DNA of 64,000 nt from Rhodothermales bacterium (GTDB taxonomy: Bacteria; Bacteroidota; Rhodothermia; Rhodothermales; VXPQ01): assembly GCA_965116435.1 (NCBI GenBank), contig OZ220686.1:831456-895455 (forward strand), written 5' to 3'. Numbering within the stretch: position 1 is the first letter of the stretch; every line of letters starts with the position of its first letter. Below are positions 54,795-64,000 of the stretch, piece after piece. The notes under the pieces are model-generated. The model had not been told where the DNA came from. It ran no database searches and saw only the letters and a list, made by a program, of their open reading frames with translations. A program made the position numbers and the translations under genes.

Positions 54795-56663
54795 ATGACA
54801 GCATATAATGCATCTCGCGTCAAACGGTTTCTGTGGAGGCCAACACTTCTGTTTTGTTCTTTTATCCTCGGGATTAGCCCTGCCGTCGCCGCTGCACAGC
54901 CATCCCCCCAGGCTGTCGTTTCTGGAGACCGGATGCGATATCATCCGATCGCCATCACGTTCGAAGGACCGGAAGTTTCCGAAACCGGTACGCCGAATCC
55001 GTTCCGCGACTACCGGCTGAACGTAACGTTTCGCCATGAAGAAACGGGCGATGAACAGGTGGCGCCGGGCTATTTCGCCGGCGACGGCAACGCCGCAGAC
55101 ACCGGAGCCGATTCGGGAAACCGTTGGCGCGTCCATTTCACGCCCCGCCAGATCGGAGCCTGGACCTGGCGCGCTTCCTTCCAAACAGGGACTGATGTGG
55201 CGATCCGGCTATCCCCCTCGGCAGGCGCGCCAACGGCCTTTGACGGCGCACACGGCGCGTTCACCGTATCCGAAACCGACAAAACCGGGCGAGATTTCCG
55301 GGGCAAAGGCATACTACGCTATGTCGGAGAACACTATCTGCGCTTCGACAACGGTTCCTGGTTCCTGAAAGGCGGTGCAGACAGCCCCGAAACCCTCTTG
55401 GCGTACGAAGATTTCGACGGAACTTCTGTGCATGGGGGCGATGTGCCGCTCAAAACCTGGGAACCGCACGTCCAGGACTGGAACGAGGGCGATCCGGCGT
55501 GGCGCGACGGCAAGGGGAAAGGACTCGTCGGCGCCCTGAATTATCTGGCCTCCGAGGGACTGAATGCCGTGTCCTTCCTGACGATGAACGTGGAGGGAGA
55601 CGGCAAGAACGTATGGCCATGGGTCCGGCACGACATCCGCGACCGGTTCGATGTGTCCAGGCTGGCGCAATGGGAGCGCGTTTTCGCGCATGCCGACAGC
55701 CTCGGCCTCTATCTGCACTTCAAAACACAGGAAACAGAAAACGATCTGTTGCTGGACGGAGGCGAGCTCGGCCTGGAACGCAAATTGTATTACCGGGAAC
55801 TGGTGGCGCGTTTCGGACACCACCTTGCCCTGAACTGGAATCTGGGAGAGGAAAACGACATCTGGGAAGAACTTGACGATCCGAAGCAATATCGAATCCG
55901 GTCGTATGCGGAATATATCCGTGCGCTGGACCCCTACGACCATCCAATCGTGATCCATACCTACCCGAACCAGCAGATAGAGGCGTACACGCCTTTGCTG
56001 GGAGATTCTTCCGAACTGGCGGGGATTTCCTTGCAAACGCACTGGAACCGGGTGCATGAGCATACGCTGCAATGGCGCCGCGCCTCGGCGGCGGCGGGCA
56101 AAAAATGGGTGGTCGCCAACGACGAACAGGGCGATTGGCAGATCGGCGTCATGCCGGACGGTCCGGAAAATAACCACGGCAACATCCGGCGTCGCACCAT
56201 CTGGGGGCACCTTATGGCCGGGGGCGCCGGGCTGGAGTTTTACTTCGGCTACCAGCATCCGCACAACGACCTGAATCTGGAGGATTTCCGGAGCCGGGAC
56301 CGGTTCTGGGATTACGTACGCCACGCCCTGCATTTCTTCGACGCCTGGCTGCCCTACTGGAAAATGGCGCCGAACGACGGCCTGGCGCCCGGCGACCGAT
56401 ACGTGCTGGCGAAGCCGGGAGAAATATATGCGGTGTACGTGCCGGAGGCATCGCCGGACGACGAGGGCGTATCCCTTCAGGTGCTTCCGGGCAGCTATTC
56501 CGTGCACTGGTACGACCCGTCGGAAGGCGGTGCACTGCAAACCGGTAGCGTAGCGCAGGTAGTGCACGAGGCAGGCGACGGCGCGGTATCCATTGGCGCT
56601 CCGCCGCCCGGCCCGGACGGCAAGGATTGGGTGGCGCTGGTGCGGTCGGCCAAGGGCGAATAG
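54795..56663 (+). CDS. DUF5060-type N-terminal domain + TIM-barrel glycoside-hydrolase-like secreted protein
   Basis: Start at the ATG at 54795 (signal ...LLFCSFILGISPAVAAAQ). MRYHPIAITFEGPEVSETGTPNPFRDYRLNVTFRH...RWRVHFTPRQIGAWTWRASF is DUF5060-like. The downstream region LGLYLHFKTQETEND...LNWNLGEEN is GH5/cellulase-like. Confidence 0.65.
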   Translation: MTAYNASRVKRFLWRPTLLFCSFILGISPAVAAAQPSPQAVVSGDRMRYHPIAITFEGPEVSETGTPNPFRDYRLNVTFRHEETGDEQVAPGYFAGDGNAADTGADSGNRWRVHFTPRQIGAWTWRASFQTGTDVAIRLSPSAGAPTAFDGAHGAFTVSETDKTGRDFRGKGILRYVGEHYLRFDNGSWFLKGGADSPETLLAYEDFDGTSVHGGDVPLKTWEPHVQDWNEGDPAWRDGKGKGLVGALNYLASEGLNAVSFLTMNVEGDGKNVWPWVRHDIRDRFDVSRLAQWERVFAHADSLGLYLHFKTQETENDLLLDGGELGLERKLYYRELVARFGHHLALNWNLGEENDIWEELDDPKQYRIRSYAEYIRALDPYDHPIVIHTYPNQQIEAYTPLLGDSSELAGISLQTHWNRVHEHTLQWRRASAAAGKKWVVANDEQGDWQIGVMPDGPENNHGNIRRRTIWGHLMAGGAGLEFYFGYQHPHNDLNLEDFRSRDRFWDYVRHALHFFDAWLPYWKMAPNDGLAPGDRYVLAKPGEIYAVYVPEASPDDEGVSLQVLPGSYSVHWYDPSEGGALQTGSVAQVVHEAGDGAVSIGAPPPGPDGKDWVALVRSAKGE

Positions 56664-56868
56664 GCAGGAAAATCCATCCCGGATTCTGCTTGCGGGCAAG
56701 CGGCGGCGCCTCAAAAAAATTTCTTTCGATTTTGTTTGCATCTTTTGTTGAATTACCGTATATAACCTTAAGGGCAGACCACCAAAGCCGAATACGGTTC
56801 GCCTCAGAGAGGAGAGGTAGGTTTGCCTGACCCGTTGGATGTAACCAAAAGGAACAAGGAGGGAGGGC

Positions 56869-57897
56869 ATGAAACGCTTCACTGTAGTACTCATCGCCAT
56901 TTTTTTCACGGCGTCCATAGAAGCGCAGACGACATGGGAGCATCGCTCCACGGAGGATGCCGTCTGGACGGAAGCGGCGGAGGATACCGCAACCGTCTAT
57001 CTTGTGCATGGCGCAAGTGATTTTACCCCGGATTACGGCAATACGCTGTGCAACCATATAGCCCGGGGGCTGAACGATACGTCCTGGATCGATTCGTCTG
57101 GAGAGGATCCGTCTCCTGACAATTGGCCCGACTGGATTATGCGAGGCGACGGCCTCCAATACATCAGCGGGGATTTGCCGGGAGTGCGCATGAACGGATG
57201 CTGGAGTAACGAATTTATCTTCGTGGCGGAAACGCACAGCGAGGTCGGTTCGTCCGGCGTATTGCGGTTTGAGAACGGAAACACCGCAGTAATCGTTTTC
57301 GCCCATGTCGTTGGGTCGCGCGACGGTCTTCCCGATCCTGCTCCGGTTGTCATAGACACGGACGGTCGCTGGATTAGCCATCGTATTTGCAGCCAGGACG
57401 AGTTTTTCGGCCTTGATGCTTGCGATGAGTACAGGCGCGTACTTCTGGGCGATCTGGACAGGCTATGCCGGCTGGATGAATACGAAGGAACCCAGACGTG
57501 CCTATGTCATCTGAATGGCCAGGAATGCTCGGGGGTCAGCGGGGAAGCCATTACCTTGGGGGAACAGGATGGTACATCCGAACTTGAGGTTGAAGTTAAG
57601 GGCGAAACCGTATCGGCGGAAGCCGAAACGCCCACGACATTCGCGCTGGAGCAGAATTATCCCAATCCGTTCAATCCGTCCACGACCATTGAATTCGCGC
57701 TGGACAAGGCTGGGCACGTTACGCTCGCGGTATACGACTTGCTGGGACAACAGGTGCGGGTGCTGATGGACGGCGTACAGCCTGCGGCTCGCTACGCGGT
57801 TCCGTTCGACGCCACAAACCTCGCCAGCGGCACGTACCTGTACATCCTCCAGACAGAAGAGCAGGTCGCCGTCAAAACCATGGCGCTGCTCAAGTAG
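56869..57897 (+). CDS. Secreted hypothetical protein with T9SS CTD
   Basis: Signal MKRFTVVLIAIFFTASIEAQ. C-terminus NYPNPFNPSTTIEFALDKAGHVTLAVYDLLGQQV...YLYILQTEE...ALLK. GGAGGGAGGG precedes the ATG. Confidence 0.75.
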   Translation: MKRFTVVLIAIFFTASIEAQTTWEHRSTEDAVWTEAAEDTATVYLVHGASDFTPDYGNTLCNHIARGLNDTSWIDSSGEDPSPDNWPDWIMRGDGLQYISGDLPGVRMNGCWSNEFIFVAETHSEVGSSGVLRFENGNTAVIVFAHVVGSRDGLPDPAPVVIDTDGRWISHRICSQDEFFGLDACDEYRRVLLGDLDRLCRLDEYEGTQTCLCHLNGQECSGVSGEAITLGEQDGTSELEVEVKGETVSAEAETPTTFALEQNYPNPFNPSTTIEFALDKAGHVTLAVYDLLGQQVRVLMDGVQPAARYAVPFDATNLASGTYLYILQTEEQVAVKTMALLK

Positions 57898-57920
57898 GCA
57901 GCACTGGAACGTACGCGTTC

Positions 57921-57965
57921 AGAATGCTCTGATCAAATCCATTTTGGTCAGAGCATTCTTTTTTA
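57921..57965 (+). terminator. Rho-independent terminator formed by dispersed hairpin repeat copy 5
   Basis: Stem AGAATGCTCTGA (57921-57932) / TCAGAGCATTCT (57948-57959) followed by a T-run. The loop region CAAATCCATTTTGG is the reverse orientation of the copy 1/2 loop. CGTACGCG lies just upstream. Confidence 0.75.
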
Positions 57966-58048
57966 TGTCCTCTCCGGTCCCCCGAAACCTTTCATTTGGC
58001 CGAAGGGTATGTTTTCAATCAGCCGAAGGTTAAACGTGCAATCAGCCG

Positions 58049-59389
58049 ATGTCCAGACCGGTTTTCTATCCCAGATATGTCGAACCCCGTCTCGCGGAAG
58101 CACTGGAGGATTCTCCGGTCGTGCTCATTCACGGTCCGCGCCAGTGCGGCAAAACAACGCTTGCCCAGGTCGCTTGCGCGCCCGCGTACCTCGAAGGAGA
58201 GAACGGCCATGCCCTTCGCCCCGATGGAATGGCGTCCGTACGACATCGGGATTATACCTACATCAACTTCGATGATGCCGTCGCAAGAAACGGAGCCCGA
58301 ACCGATCCCATGGGCTTCGTCGCCGATTTGCCCGAGCGTGTTATTCTGGACGAGATTCAACGAGCCCCTGAACTTTTCCCTGCAATCAAACTGGCCGTAG
58401 ACCGCCGGAGGACGCCCGGTCGTTTCATACTAACCGGGTCCACGAATGTACTGCTCATCCCGACCCTGTCCGAATCGCTGGCTGGGCGCTTGCAAATCAT
58501 TCGGCTTCATCCTTTGTCCCGGTGCGAACTCGAATCGGAAACGCAAACTGTTGTGTCTGACCCCTATCCGAACACAGGATTCCTGAACGCCCTGTTCGAA
58601 AACGGATTTGCTGTCCGGCAATCCAGACGACTTGGCGAACAACTCATCGAACGGATTATTGCCGGAGGATTCCCGCCTGCACTGGCGCGCCCAACCGAAC
58701 GGCGACAAGCCAACTGGTATCGCAATTACATTGCAACGCTCGTGCAGCGCGACGTACGCGACATGGCGCGCATCAAATCGCTGGATATACTACCGCGTCT
58801 GCTGAGTGCTTCCGCATCGCAGACGGCCCGGTTGTTCAACCTTGCCGATCTGGCTTCGCCGTTCCAGCTCGCCCGACCGACTATCGGCAACTACGTTACG
58901 CTTCTCGAAAGGCTGTTTCTACTGGAACGACTCCCGCCATGGCACAGCAACCGGCTGCGCCGTCTCATTAAAGGCCCCAAACTGCACATAGGCGACACGG
59001 GAATTGCCGCAGCGCTACTGGGCGTAAACGCTGCATCGCTCAGGGCGGACCGCGCCCTGCTCGGACAACTTTTGGAAACCTTTGTATTTCAGGAACTGCG
59101 ACGGCAAGCAAGTTGGCGCGATACAGCAGCGTCGTTTTTCCATTTCCGGGACAAGGACGGCGCAGAAGTGGATATTGTCCTGGAGCGCGGCCCGGAAACC
59201 ATTGCCGGGGTGGAAATCAAGGCGGCGGGCACGGTAACGAAAGCAGACTTTCGCGGATTGAACAAACTTGCCCGCGCTGCCGGCGACCGCTTTGCGCACG
59301 GGGTCGTCCTCTATGACGGCGAAATTACCGTACGCTTCGGCGAGCGCCTGTACGCCGTTCCGATTCGCCATCTATGGGAAACGCCATGA
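58049..59389 (+). CDS. AAA ATPase with DUF4143 domain
   Basis: Walker A VVLIHGPRQCGKTTLAQ and Walker B-like RVILDEIQRAPELF. The C-terminal region ...FETFVFQELRRQ...FHFRDKDGAEVDIVLE is typical of DUF4143 (a restriction-endonuclease-like fold). Confidence 0.8.
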   Translation: MSRPVFYPRYVEPRLAEALEDSPVVLIHGPRQCGKTTLAQVACAPAYLEGENGHALRPDGMASVRHRDYTYINFDDAVARNGARTDPMGFVADLPERVILDEIQRAPELFPAIKLAVDRRRTPGRFILTGSTNVLLIPTLSESLAGRLQIIRLHPLSRCELESETQTVVSDPYPNTGFLNALFENGFAVRQSRRLGEQLIERIIAGGFPPALARPTERRQANWYRNYIATLVQRDVRDMARIKSLDILPRLLSASASQTARLFNLADLASPFQLARPTIGNYVTLLERLFLLERLPPWHSNRLRRLIKGPKLHIGDTGIAAALLGVNAASLRADRALLGQLLETFVFQELRRQASWRDTAASFFHFRDKDGAEVDIVLERGPETIAGVEIKAAGTVTKADFRGLNKLARAAGDRFAHGVVLYDGEITVRFGERLYAVPIRHLWETP

Positions 59390-59509
59390 ATGTCGTGTCG
59401 GTATCGACCTGGGAAAGGCAGACCTTCTGGATGCTGCCCTTGCGCTGCCCTATGTATTTGTCATGCCCGATATACTGTTTGAAAACGAATGGACGCACCC
59501 CCATGACCT

Positions 59510-60568
59510 CTACCCCCCAAATGCTCCGCTGTCGATTAGTTGCTGGAAGAATTCTGTCATGGACTCTTCGAGCGGGCGATACGTTATGCCGAGGGCCTCT
59601 TTGCTTTTGGCGTTGTCGGCTATCCAGGGATGTCCGATGTTCCGGGACACCATGGTGCGCGTCATGTCCTTGTTGACGATGGGCGCCATGAGCCAAACCA
59701 ACCATTTCGGCATGGTCCGCCGCGGAATCGGGTACTCCTCCCCGTACTTGTCGAGCAGCGTTCGGGCCAGCGCAGGAAACGTCGTATTGTGACCCGATAC
59801 GATGTGGCGGCCCTCGGCGTCCGGCAGCCAGGCGGCGGCGAGATGGGCCTGCGCCACGTCGCGCACATCCACCACGCCAATACGAAAATCAGGAACCCCC
59901 GCTTTCATCGTGCCGTTCCCGAACTGACGGATCAGATCGAAACTCGCAGAGGTGGCGTAGGGATTGATCCCCGGCCCAAGCACCAGCGACGGATTGATGA
60001 CCACGAGCCGCCACCGATCCTGCGCTCCGGCAATCTTCCAGGCCGCTTGTTCGGCCACCGTTTTCGAGAAAGAATAGGGCTGGTGTTTCAGGCTGGAGGT
60101 CGTATTCCATATCTCCTCCGTGAACATCCCGTCCGGGGTTTGTTGCAGATCGATATTGTCGCCATAGATCGCGACGCAACTGCTGGTAAGCGCCACGCGG
60201 CGGACGCTGGGCGTACGATTCGCTTGCTCCAGTACGTTGCGGGTGCCGAGCAGCGCAGGATCGATCAGTTCCTTTTGCGGATCGGTAACCCCTGTCCGAA
60301 ACGGCGAGGCGGTATGAAAAACGACCGCACACCCGGCCATGGCGTCCGCGTAAGACCCCTCGTCCAGCAAATCCGCCTGGAAGTAGCGGATCGAACCCGG
60401 CGCATTTTCTGCAAGCGCGTTCAGGTAGCGCACTTTTTCCGCATTGTTCGGGTCCCGGACCGGCGCATGCACGGTCACGCCGGCCTCAAGAAGATTTTTA
60501 ACAATCCAGCCGGCCACATATCCTGTAGCGCCCGTGATCATAACCGGAGAAGACGTATCTATCTGCAT
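59510..60568 (-). CDS. NAD(P)-dependent SDR-family oxidoreductase (aldehyde/cinnamoyl-CoA-reductase-like)
   Basis: VMITGATGYVAGWIVKNLLEAGVTVHAPVRD Rossmann motif. YSFSK catalytic Tyr-x-x-x-Lys. Confidence 0.85.
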   Translation of the reverse strand: MQIDTSSPVMITGATGYVAGWIVKNLLEAGVTVHAPVRDPNNAEKVRYLNALAENAPGSIRYFQADLLDEGSYADAMAGCAVVFHTASPFRTGVTDPQKELIDPALLGTRNVLEQANRTPSVRRVALTSSCVAIYGDNIDLQQTPDGMFTEEIWNTTSSLKHQPYSFSKTVAEQAAWKIAGAQDRWRLVVINPSLVLGPGINPYATSASFDLIRQFGNGTMKAGVPDFRIGVVDVRDVAQAHLAAAWLPDAEGRHIVSGHNTTFPALARTLLDKYGEEYPIPRRTMPKWLVWLMAPIVNKDMTRTMVSRNIGHPWIADNAKSKEALGITYRPLEESMTEFFQQLIDSGAFGG

Positions 60569-60791
60569 GGGATGTTGAGAAAAAGGTTGCAGGCTACCGG
60601 GGATTTACGTGGGGGATCGAAATGGGAGATCAAAACGGGGGGGCAGGGAATCGGAAGGAAAGATAACGCAAAACCAGGAAAATCGGGAGGGATAAATGCC
60701 ATTTTGTCACATTTTTCGGATCGGCACGGGATTTGATCCATGGGCGGGCAACATCCTCGCAATCCATCCACTACTCTTTGGAGATTACGCC

Positions 60792-61256
60792 ATGACTAAC
60801 CTGGTTCGTTTTTCGCCGATCAGCCGGCTGCACGACATAGACCGGCTCTTTCACAACTTTTTCCCTGCGAGAAGCTTCGACAATCTCTGCGCCGACCCCG
60901 ACTGCTGCCTCCCGAGCGGAGATGCAACGAGCTGGTCCCCGCGCGTGGACATTGCAGAATCCGAAACGGAATATGTGCTGCGTGCGGACGCGCCCGGCAT
61001 GACCCGGGACGCCTTCGACCTGCACTGGCAAGAGAACGTTCTGACCGTACGCGGCGAGCGGGAATTACCCGCCCTCGGCGAGCACGAGAAATCGGTGCGC
61101 GACGATCGGGTTCGCGGACGGTTCGGATTCTCGTACCGCCTGCCGAAAGCCGTCAGCGACGGAGGACGCATTGAGGCGGCCTACAAGGCTGGCGTCTTGA
61201 CCATCCGCATTCCGAAGGAGGAAGCCAACCGCCCGCACCGCATCGCCGTGAAGTAG
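60792..61256 (+). CDS. Hsp20/alpha-crystallin small heat-shock protein
   Basis: Start at the ATG at 60792. WSPRVDIAESETEYVLRADAPGM...VRGER...GRFGFSYRLP...AAYKAGVLTIRIPK is the alpha-crystallin domain. Confidence 0.85.
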   Translation: MTNLVRFSPISRLHDIDRLFHNFFPARSFDNLCADPDCCLPSGDATSWSPRVDIAESETEYVLRADAPGMTRDAFDLHWQENVLTVRGERELPALGEHEKSVRDDRVRGRFGFSYRLPKAVSDGGRIEAAYKAGVLTIRIPKEEANRPHRIAVK

Positions 61257-61335
61257 GCGCTGGCGCACAGACGCGGCAAATACGCGGGCTCCGGCGCCTT
61301 TCTCGCCCTGAATATTCGTCGCCACAACCATGCAG

Positions 61336-61369
61336 AAGCCCGTGCGGGACCGCCCGCACGGGCTTTTTG
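61336..61369 (+). terminator. Rho-independent terminator after the Hsp20 gene
   Basis: AAGCCCGTGCGGG-ACCG-CCCGCACGGGCTT followed by TTTTT. The stem is 12-13 bp and GC-rich. Confidence 0.8.
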
Positions 61370-61608
61370 CATACCCCCCCCCCCTGAAAAAAGCGCCGTG
61401 CAGGATGCGGAAAATCCACAGCCCCACAGGCGGCTTGAGGTTTGAACGCGTAGGCGCTGGGCGGCGACCCCGAACGGCATGCATTCGCTACGGCGCCTGT
61501 GTCATATATCTATGGATGCGCTGATCAGAGACGCGGCGAGCCGATGCATGAAACGCGGCGACACGCGCTGGCGGCGGCGCCAGGGAAGCGAGCGGCGGGG
61601 CGCAAAGG

Positions 61609-62520
61609 CTACCGGTCCGGGTTGGGCAACACCCGGAACCGTACGGACGCGCTGGCGAAACTGCCGAACAGACCGCGCCCGCCGTCCACGTTATCAAGCA
61701 CATTGGGAATCTCTCCCGGGGCTAACGTCGAACCGCCCTCCCCTCCCTGCTGCACCGAGTTCGAGCGCACGAAATCGAACACATTGTCGTCGATCGCCTG
61801 AATGCGCATCTCGTTGAGGCCATAAAAATTCAACCCGATCCAGGGATACCGGATGCGCATGCCCCCGTCTGGCGTCCGGTCGAAATTCTCGCCGTTCAGC
61901 GGCGGGGAGACATTCTCCCGAAGTACCTCCAGGTCGTCGTCAAGCCCATCGGCGAAGGGCGTCAAGTTCATCGAATCGGGTTCGAGCGCCACGGTGGTAA
62001 TCAGGAAAATGCTCTGGCGACCGGGATAAAAGGGCTCCGTAATCTCGAACAGGGGCGCTTCGCCCGTATCGTACACGAACGTCCGCTCCTCCGTATCCAC
62101 AAAACGAAAGAGGGCAGGCACGGTCGTTTCCGACGTCAGGGTCCCGGCTCCGGGAACGCGTACGACAAGGCGGTACGTGCGGAGCGGCAGCACATCCACG
62201 GCCTCCCGTGTCCGGTACCGCCCCGACGACGCGTCGGGCGCGAACAAGTCCCAGGACGCCTCCACGCCATCTCCCCCGTTTTCAAGCAATTCGATGCGCA
62301 CCTCCGCGCCCGACACGCCCTGCAGGGCGGGGTCGTAGGCCTGATTGACCGGAAGCGTCCGGCTCACGGTCACGTAGCCGATCGGTTGCCCGGCTTCGAG
62401 ATAGCCCTCCACCACGATCTCTTCCGCGAACTCGGGCGGCCCGGCCGCGTCGCAGCCGGACCATACCCCCGTCAGGACGGCCGCGGCCAAGAACGATATC
62501 CATGCAAAGGTCGCGCGCAT
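61609..62520 (-). CDS. DUF4249-family lipoprotein (partner of the upstream TonB-dependent receptor)
   Basis: Start moved to the ATG at 62520 (MRATFAWISFLAAAVLTGVWSGC lipobox). The start abuts the stop of the receptor gene at 62522, matching the usual receptor + DUF4249 pairing in Bacteroidota. Confidence 0.7.
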   Translation of the reverse strand: MRATFAWISFLAAAVLTGVWSGCDAAGPPEFAEEIVVEGYLEAGQPIGYVTVSRTLPVNQAYDPALQGVSGAEVRIELLENGGDGVEASWDLFAPDASSGRYRTREAVDVLPLRTYRLVVRVPGAGTLTSETTVPALFRFVDTEERTFVYDTGEAPLFEITEPFYPGRQSIFLITTVALEPDSMNLTPFADGLDDDLEVLRENVSPPLNGENFDRTPDGGMRIRYPWIGLNFYGLNEMRIQAIDDNVFDFVRSNSVQQGGEGGSTLAPGEIPNVLDNVDGGRGLFGSFASASVRFRVLPNPDR

Positions 62521-62521
62521 C

Positions 62522-64000
62522 TCAGAAATCCAGCGTGAGCGAAAGGTTCGGCAGCGGCACGGGAATCTGGGGTATGTCGTTCCGCTCGATATTCGCCGCG
62601 TCGGTAAAATCGAATAAATAAAACCAGATGTTGCGGCGGGCGTAGGCGTTGAGCACCTGCGCTTGCAGTTCGCAATCCGCGCCGAACAGCCTGGTAAACC
62701 AGGAGACGCCTGCGTCCAGACGATGGTACGCCGGCAGGCGGCGGTTGTTGTATTTCGTGACCAACACGTTGGACCAGTCCGAATCGAACGGCGAATGGAC
62801 GAGGCGGTATTGCGCAAGCGGTTCGGTGTAGGCCTGCCCGGTCGCATACGTCCAGACGGCGCTGGCCCGCCACGCACGCGATATGTCCACATTGAGCACG
62901 GTCTTTACGTCCAGCGTCCGGTCGTATTTGGGCGTATAGAACCGGAAGTCGTTGACCTGCGGAAACCGGCGACGGGTACGGCTCAGCGTACTGGACACGA
63001 ACCCGTTTACGCGCCCTTGCGGACGCTGCACAATCATTTCGAGGCCGTAGGCGTCGCCCTCCCCGAAGCGAAACAATTCGGCGTAGTCCAGGCCCGCCAC
63101 ATCCGATACGAACGGATCCCATTCGAAGAGATTCTGCATCGTACGGTAATACGCCTCCACATCCAGGTTGAATCCAAGCGGAGAAATATGCTTCGCACCG
63201 ATGACGGCCTGGTTCCCGTACGACGGACGCACCCCGTCCCCCGTGGCCAGCCAGGTATCGAACCCGGAAAAAATTTCGCTGGTGATGAGGGTAAGGAACT
63301 GGTAGTGCCGTCCGTAGGCGGCCTGCAGGCGCAAGGCGGGCGTAGGTTCGTATTCGAACGACAAACGCGGGGCCGCCCGAACAAACCCGCCTTCTTCGAA
63401 ATAATTCCCCCGCACGCCGCCTTCGATGGTGACGCGGGGCGACGGACGCCAGCGGGCCTGTGCATACGCCGAAGAATACACGCTTCGGGTCAGCCAGTCG
63501 ATGGCGGTTTCCTCATTGAAATCCGTACGAAAACGCAAGGTCAAAAAGCCTGTCCAGAACCCGGCTTTCGCGGAAATATTCCCTCTCGGAATGTATTCGA
63601 AGTCGCCCTTGACGGAAAGATCGCCTACCGTGTTGCGGTTCTCGATGGGCGTGGCCGCCAGTTCGATGACCGGCTTGCTGAAATACCTCGATCCGGTGAA
63701 CGTAAAATTGGAGAAGAGCTGTTGCGAAAAAAGATGAGTCCAGTTCATGCTCAACGTGCTGTTCCCGTACCGGATATTGGCGTTGGCGTCTTCCACAATT
63801 TCAATGTCGAGCACATCTTGCCCGGCGTAAAACGCAAGCGAAAAGAAATCCTTGTCCGACAAATCGACATTGAATTTTCCGTTCACGTCCAGGAAGTAAA
63901 ACGCATCCGGTATGCCCTCGATGTCGGCCTGGCGCATAAAATACAGGAGCGGTTCTATGGTGGACCGCCGCATAGCCAGCATATAGGAACCGCGACGCCA
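62522..64000 (-). CDS. TonB-dependent receptor, C-terminal part (5' end lies beyond the window)
   Basis: The frame is open to the window edge. The beta-barrel has alternating amphipathic strands and ends ...LPNLSLTLDF (terminal aromatic). Confidence 0.75.
   Translation of the reverse strand, partial: WRRGSYMLAMRRSTIEPLLYFMRQADIEGIPDAFYFLDVNGKFNVDLSDKDFFSLAFYAGQDVLDIEIVEDANANIRYGNSTLSMNWTHLFSQQLFSNFTFTGSRYFSKPVIELAATPIENRNTVGDLSVKGDFEYIPRGNISAKAGFWTGFLTLRFRTDFNEETAIDWLTRSVYSSAYAQARWRPSPRVTIEGGVRGNYFEEGGFVRAAPRLSFEYEPTPALRLQAAYGRHYQFLTLITSEIFSGFDTWLATGDGVRPSYGNQAVIGAKHISPLGFNLDVEAYYRTMQNLFEWDPFVSDVAGLDYAELFRFGEGDAYGLEMIVQRPQGRVNGFVSSTLSRTRRRFPQVNDFRFYTPKYDRTLDVKTVLNVDISRAWRASAVWTYATGQAYTEPLAQYRLVHSPFDSDWSNVLVTKYNNRRLPAYHRLDAGVSWFTRLFGADCELQAQVLNAYARRNIWFYLFDFTDAANIERNDIPQIPVPLPNLSLTLDF

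Noticed and set aside
1-64000. tRNA, rRNA, tmRNA, integrase, cas genes, reverse transcriptase, HipA/HipT kinase, RecQ-like partner for the DprA-like gene
   Set aside because: I looked for these by eye (cloverleaf-like GTTCGAATC arms, conserved catalytic motifs in the six-frame track) and found none. Absence by eye is weaker evidence than a covariance-model or HMM scan.

Overview
This is a 64-kb window from a high-GC chromosome, about 63-66% GC by eye. The lineage looks Bacteroidota/Rhodothermota-like: at least six proteins end in Por/T9SS C-terminal sorting domains, there are TonB-dependent receptors paired with DUF4249 or PorV-like partners, and there are PVC-type dehydrogenase/HEAT proteins. 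I call about 45 protein-coding genes and found no rRNA, tRNA or CRISPR array. Most of the window is ordinary polysaccharide-utilisation, envelope and redox content: a GH53 galactanase, a GH13 amylase, a CotH/LTD giant, a DUF1080 / Gfo-Idh-MocA / MFS cluster, UPF0182, Ogt and Hsp20. The most unusual part is a low-GC island at about 17.56-28.9 kb. It carries (i) a 3-TM protein gene bracketed by two ~140-bp MITE-like repeats with 21-bp terminal inverted repeats; (ii) a compact ComF-like PRTase / DprA-like SLOG / HAD phosphatase operon plus two small ORFs, which is my best candidate for an undescribed nucleotide-centric conflict system; (iii) a decayed IS3 copy; (iv) a 969-aa nuclease-like/N6-adenine methyltransferase fusion; and (v) a 746-aa protein with a variant Mrr-like N-terminus. 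Other notable items: an orphan double-glycine-leader bacteriocin-like peptide at the island edge; an 820-bp intergenic region holding a GC-rich 33-bp x 8 tandem array directly followed by an AT-rich 19-bp x 10 periodic GTAAG array; a 39-bp x 6 in-frame repeat in the amylase N-terminus; a dispersed hairpin repeat family with 5-6 copies; an MntA/HepT TA pair; an orphan HipS-like gene coupled to a 54-aa ORF; and a 3' remnant of a paralogous glycosidase gene. Family assignments come from motif recognition by eye in the translated ORFs. No database search was run.
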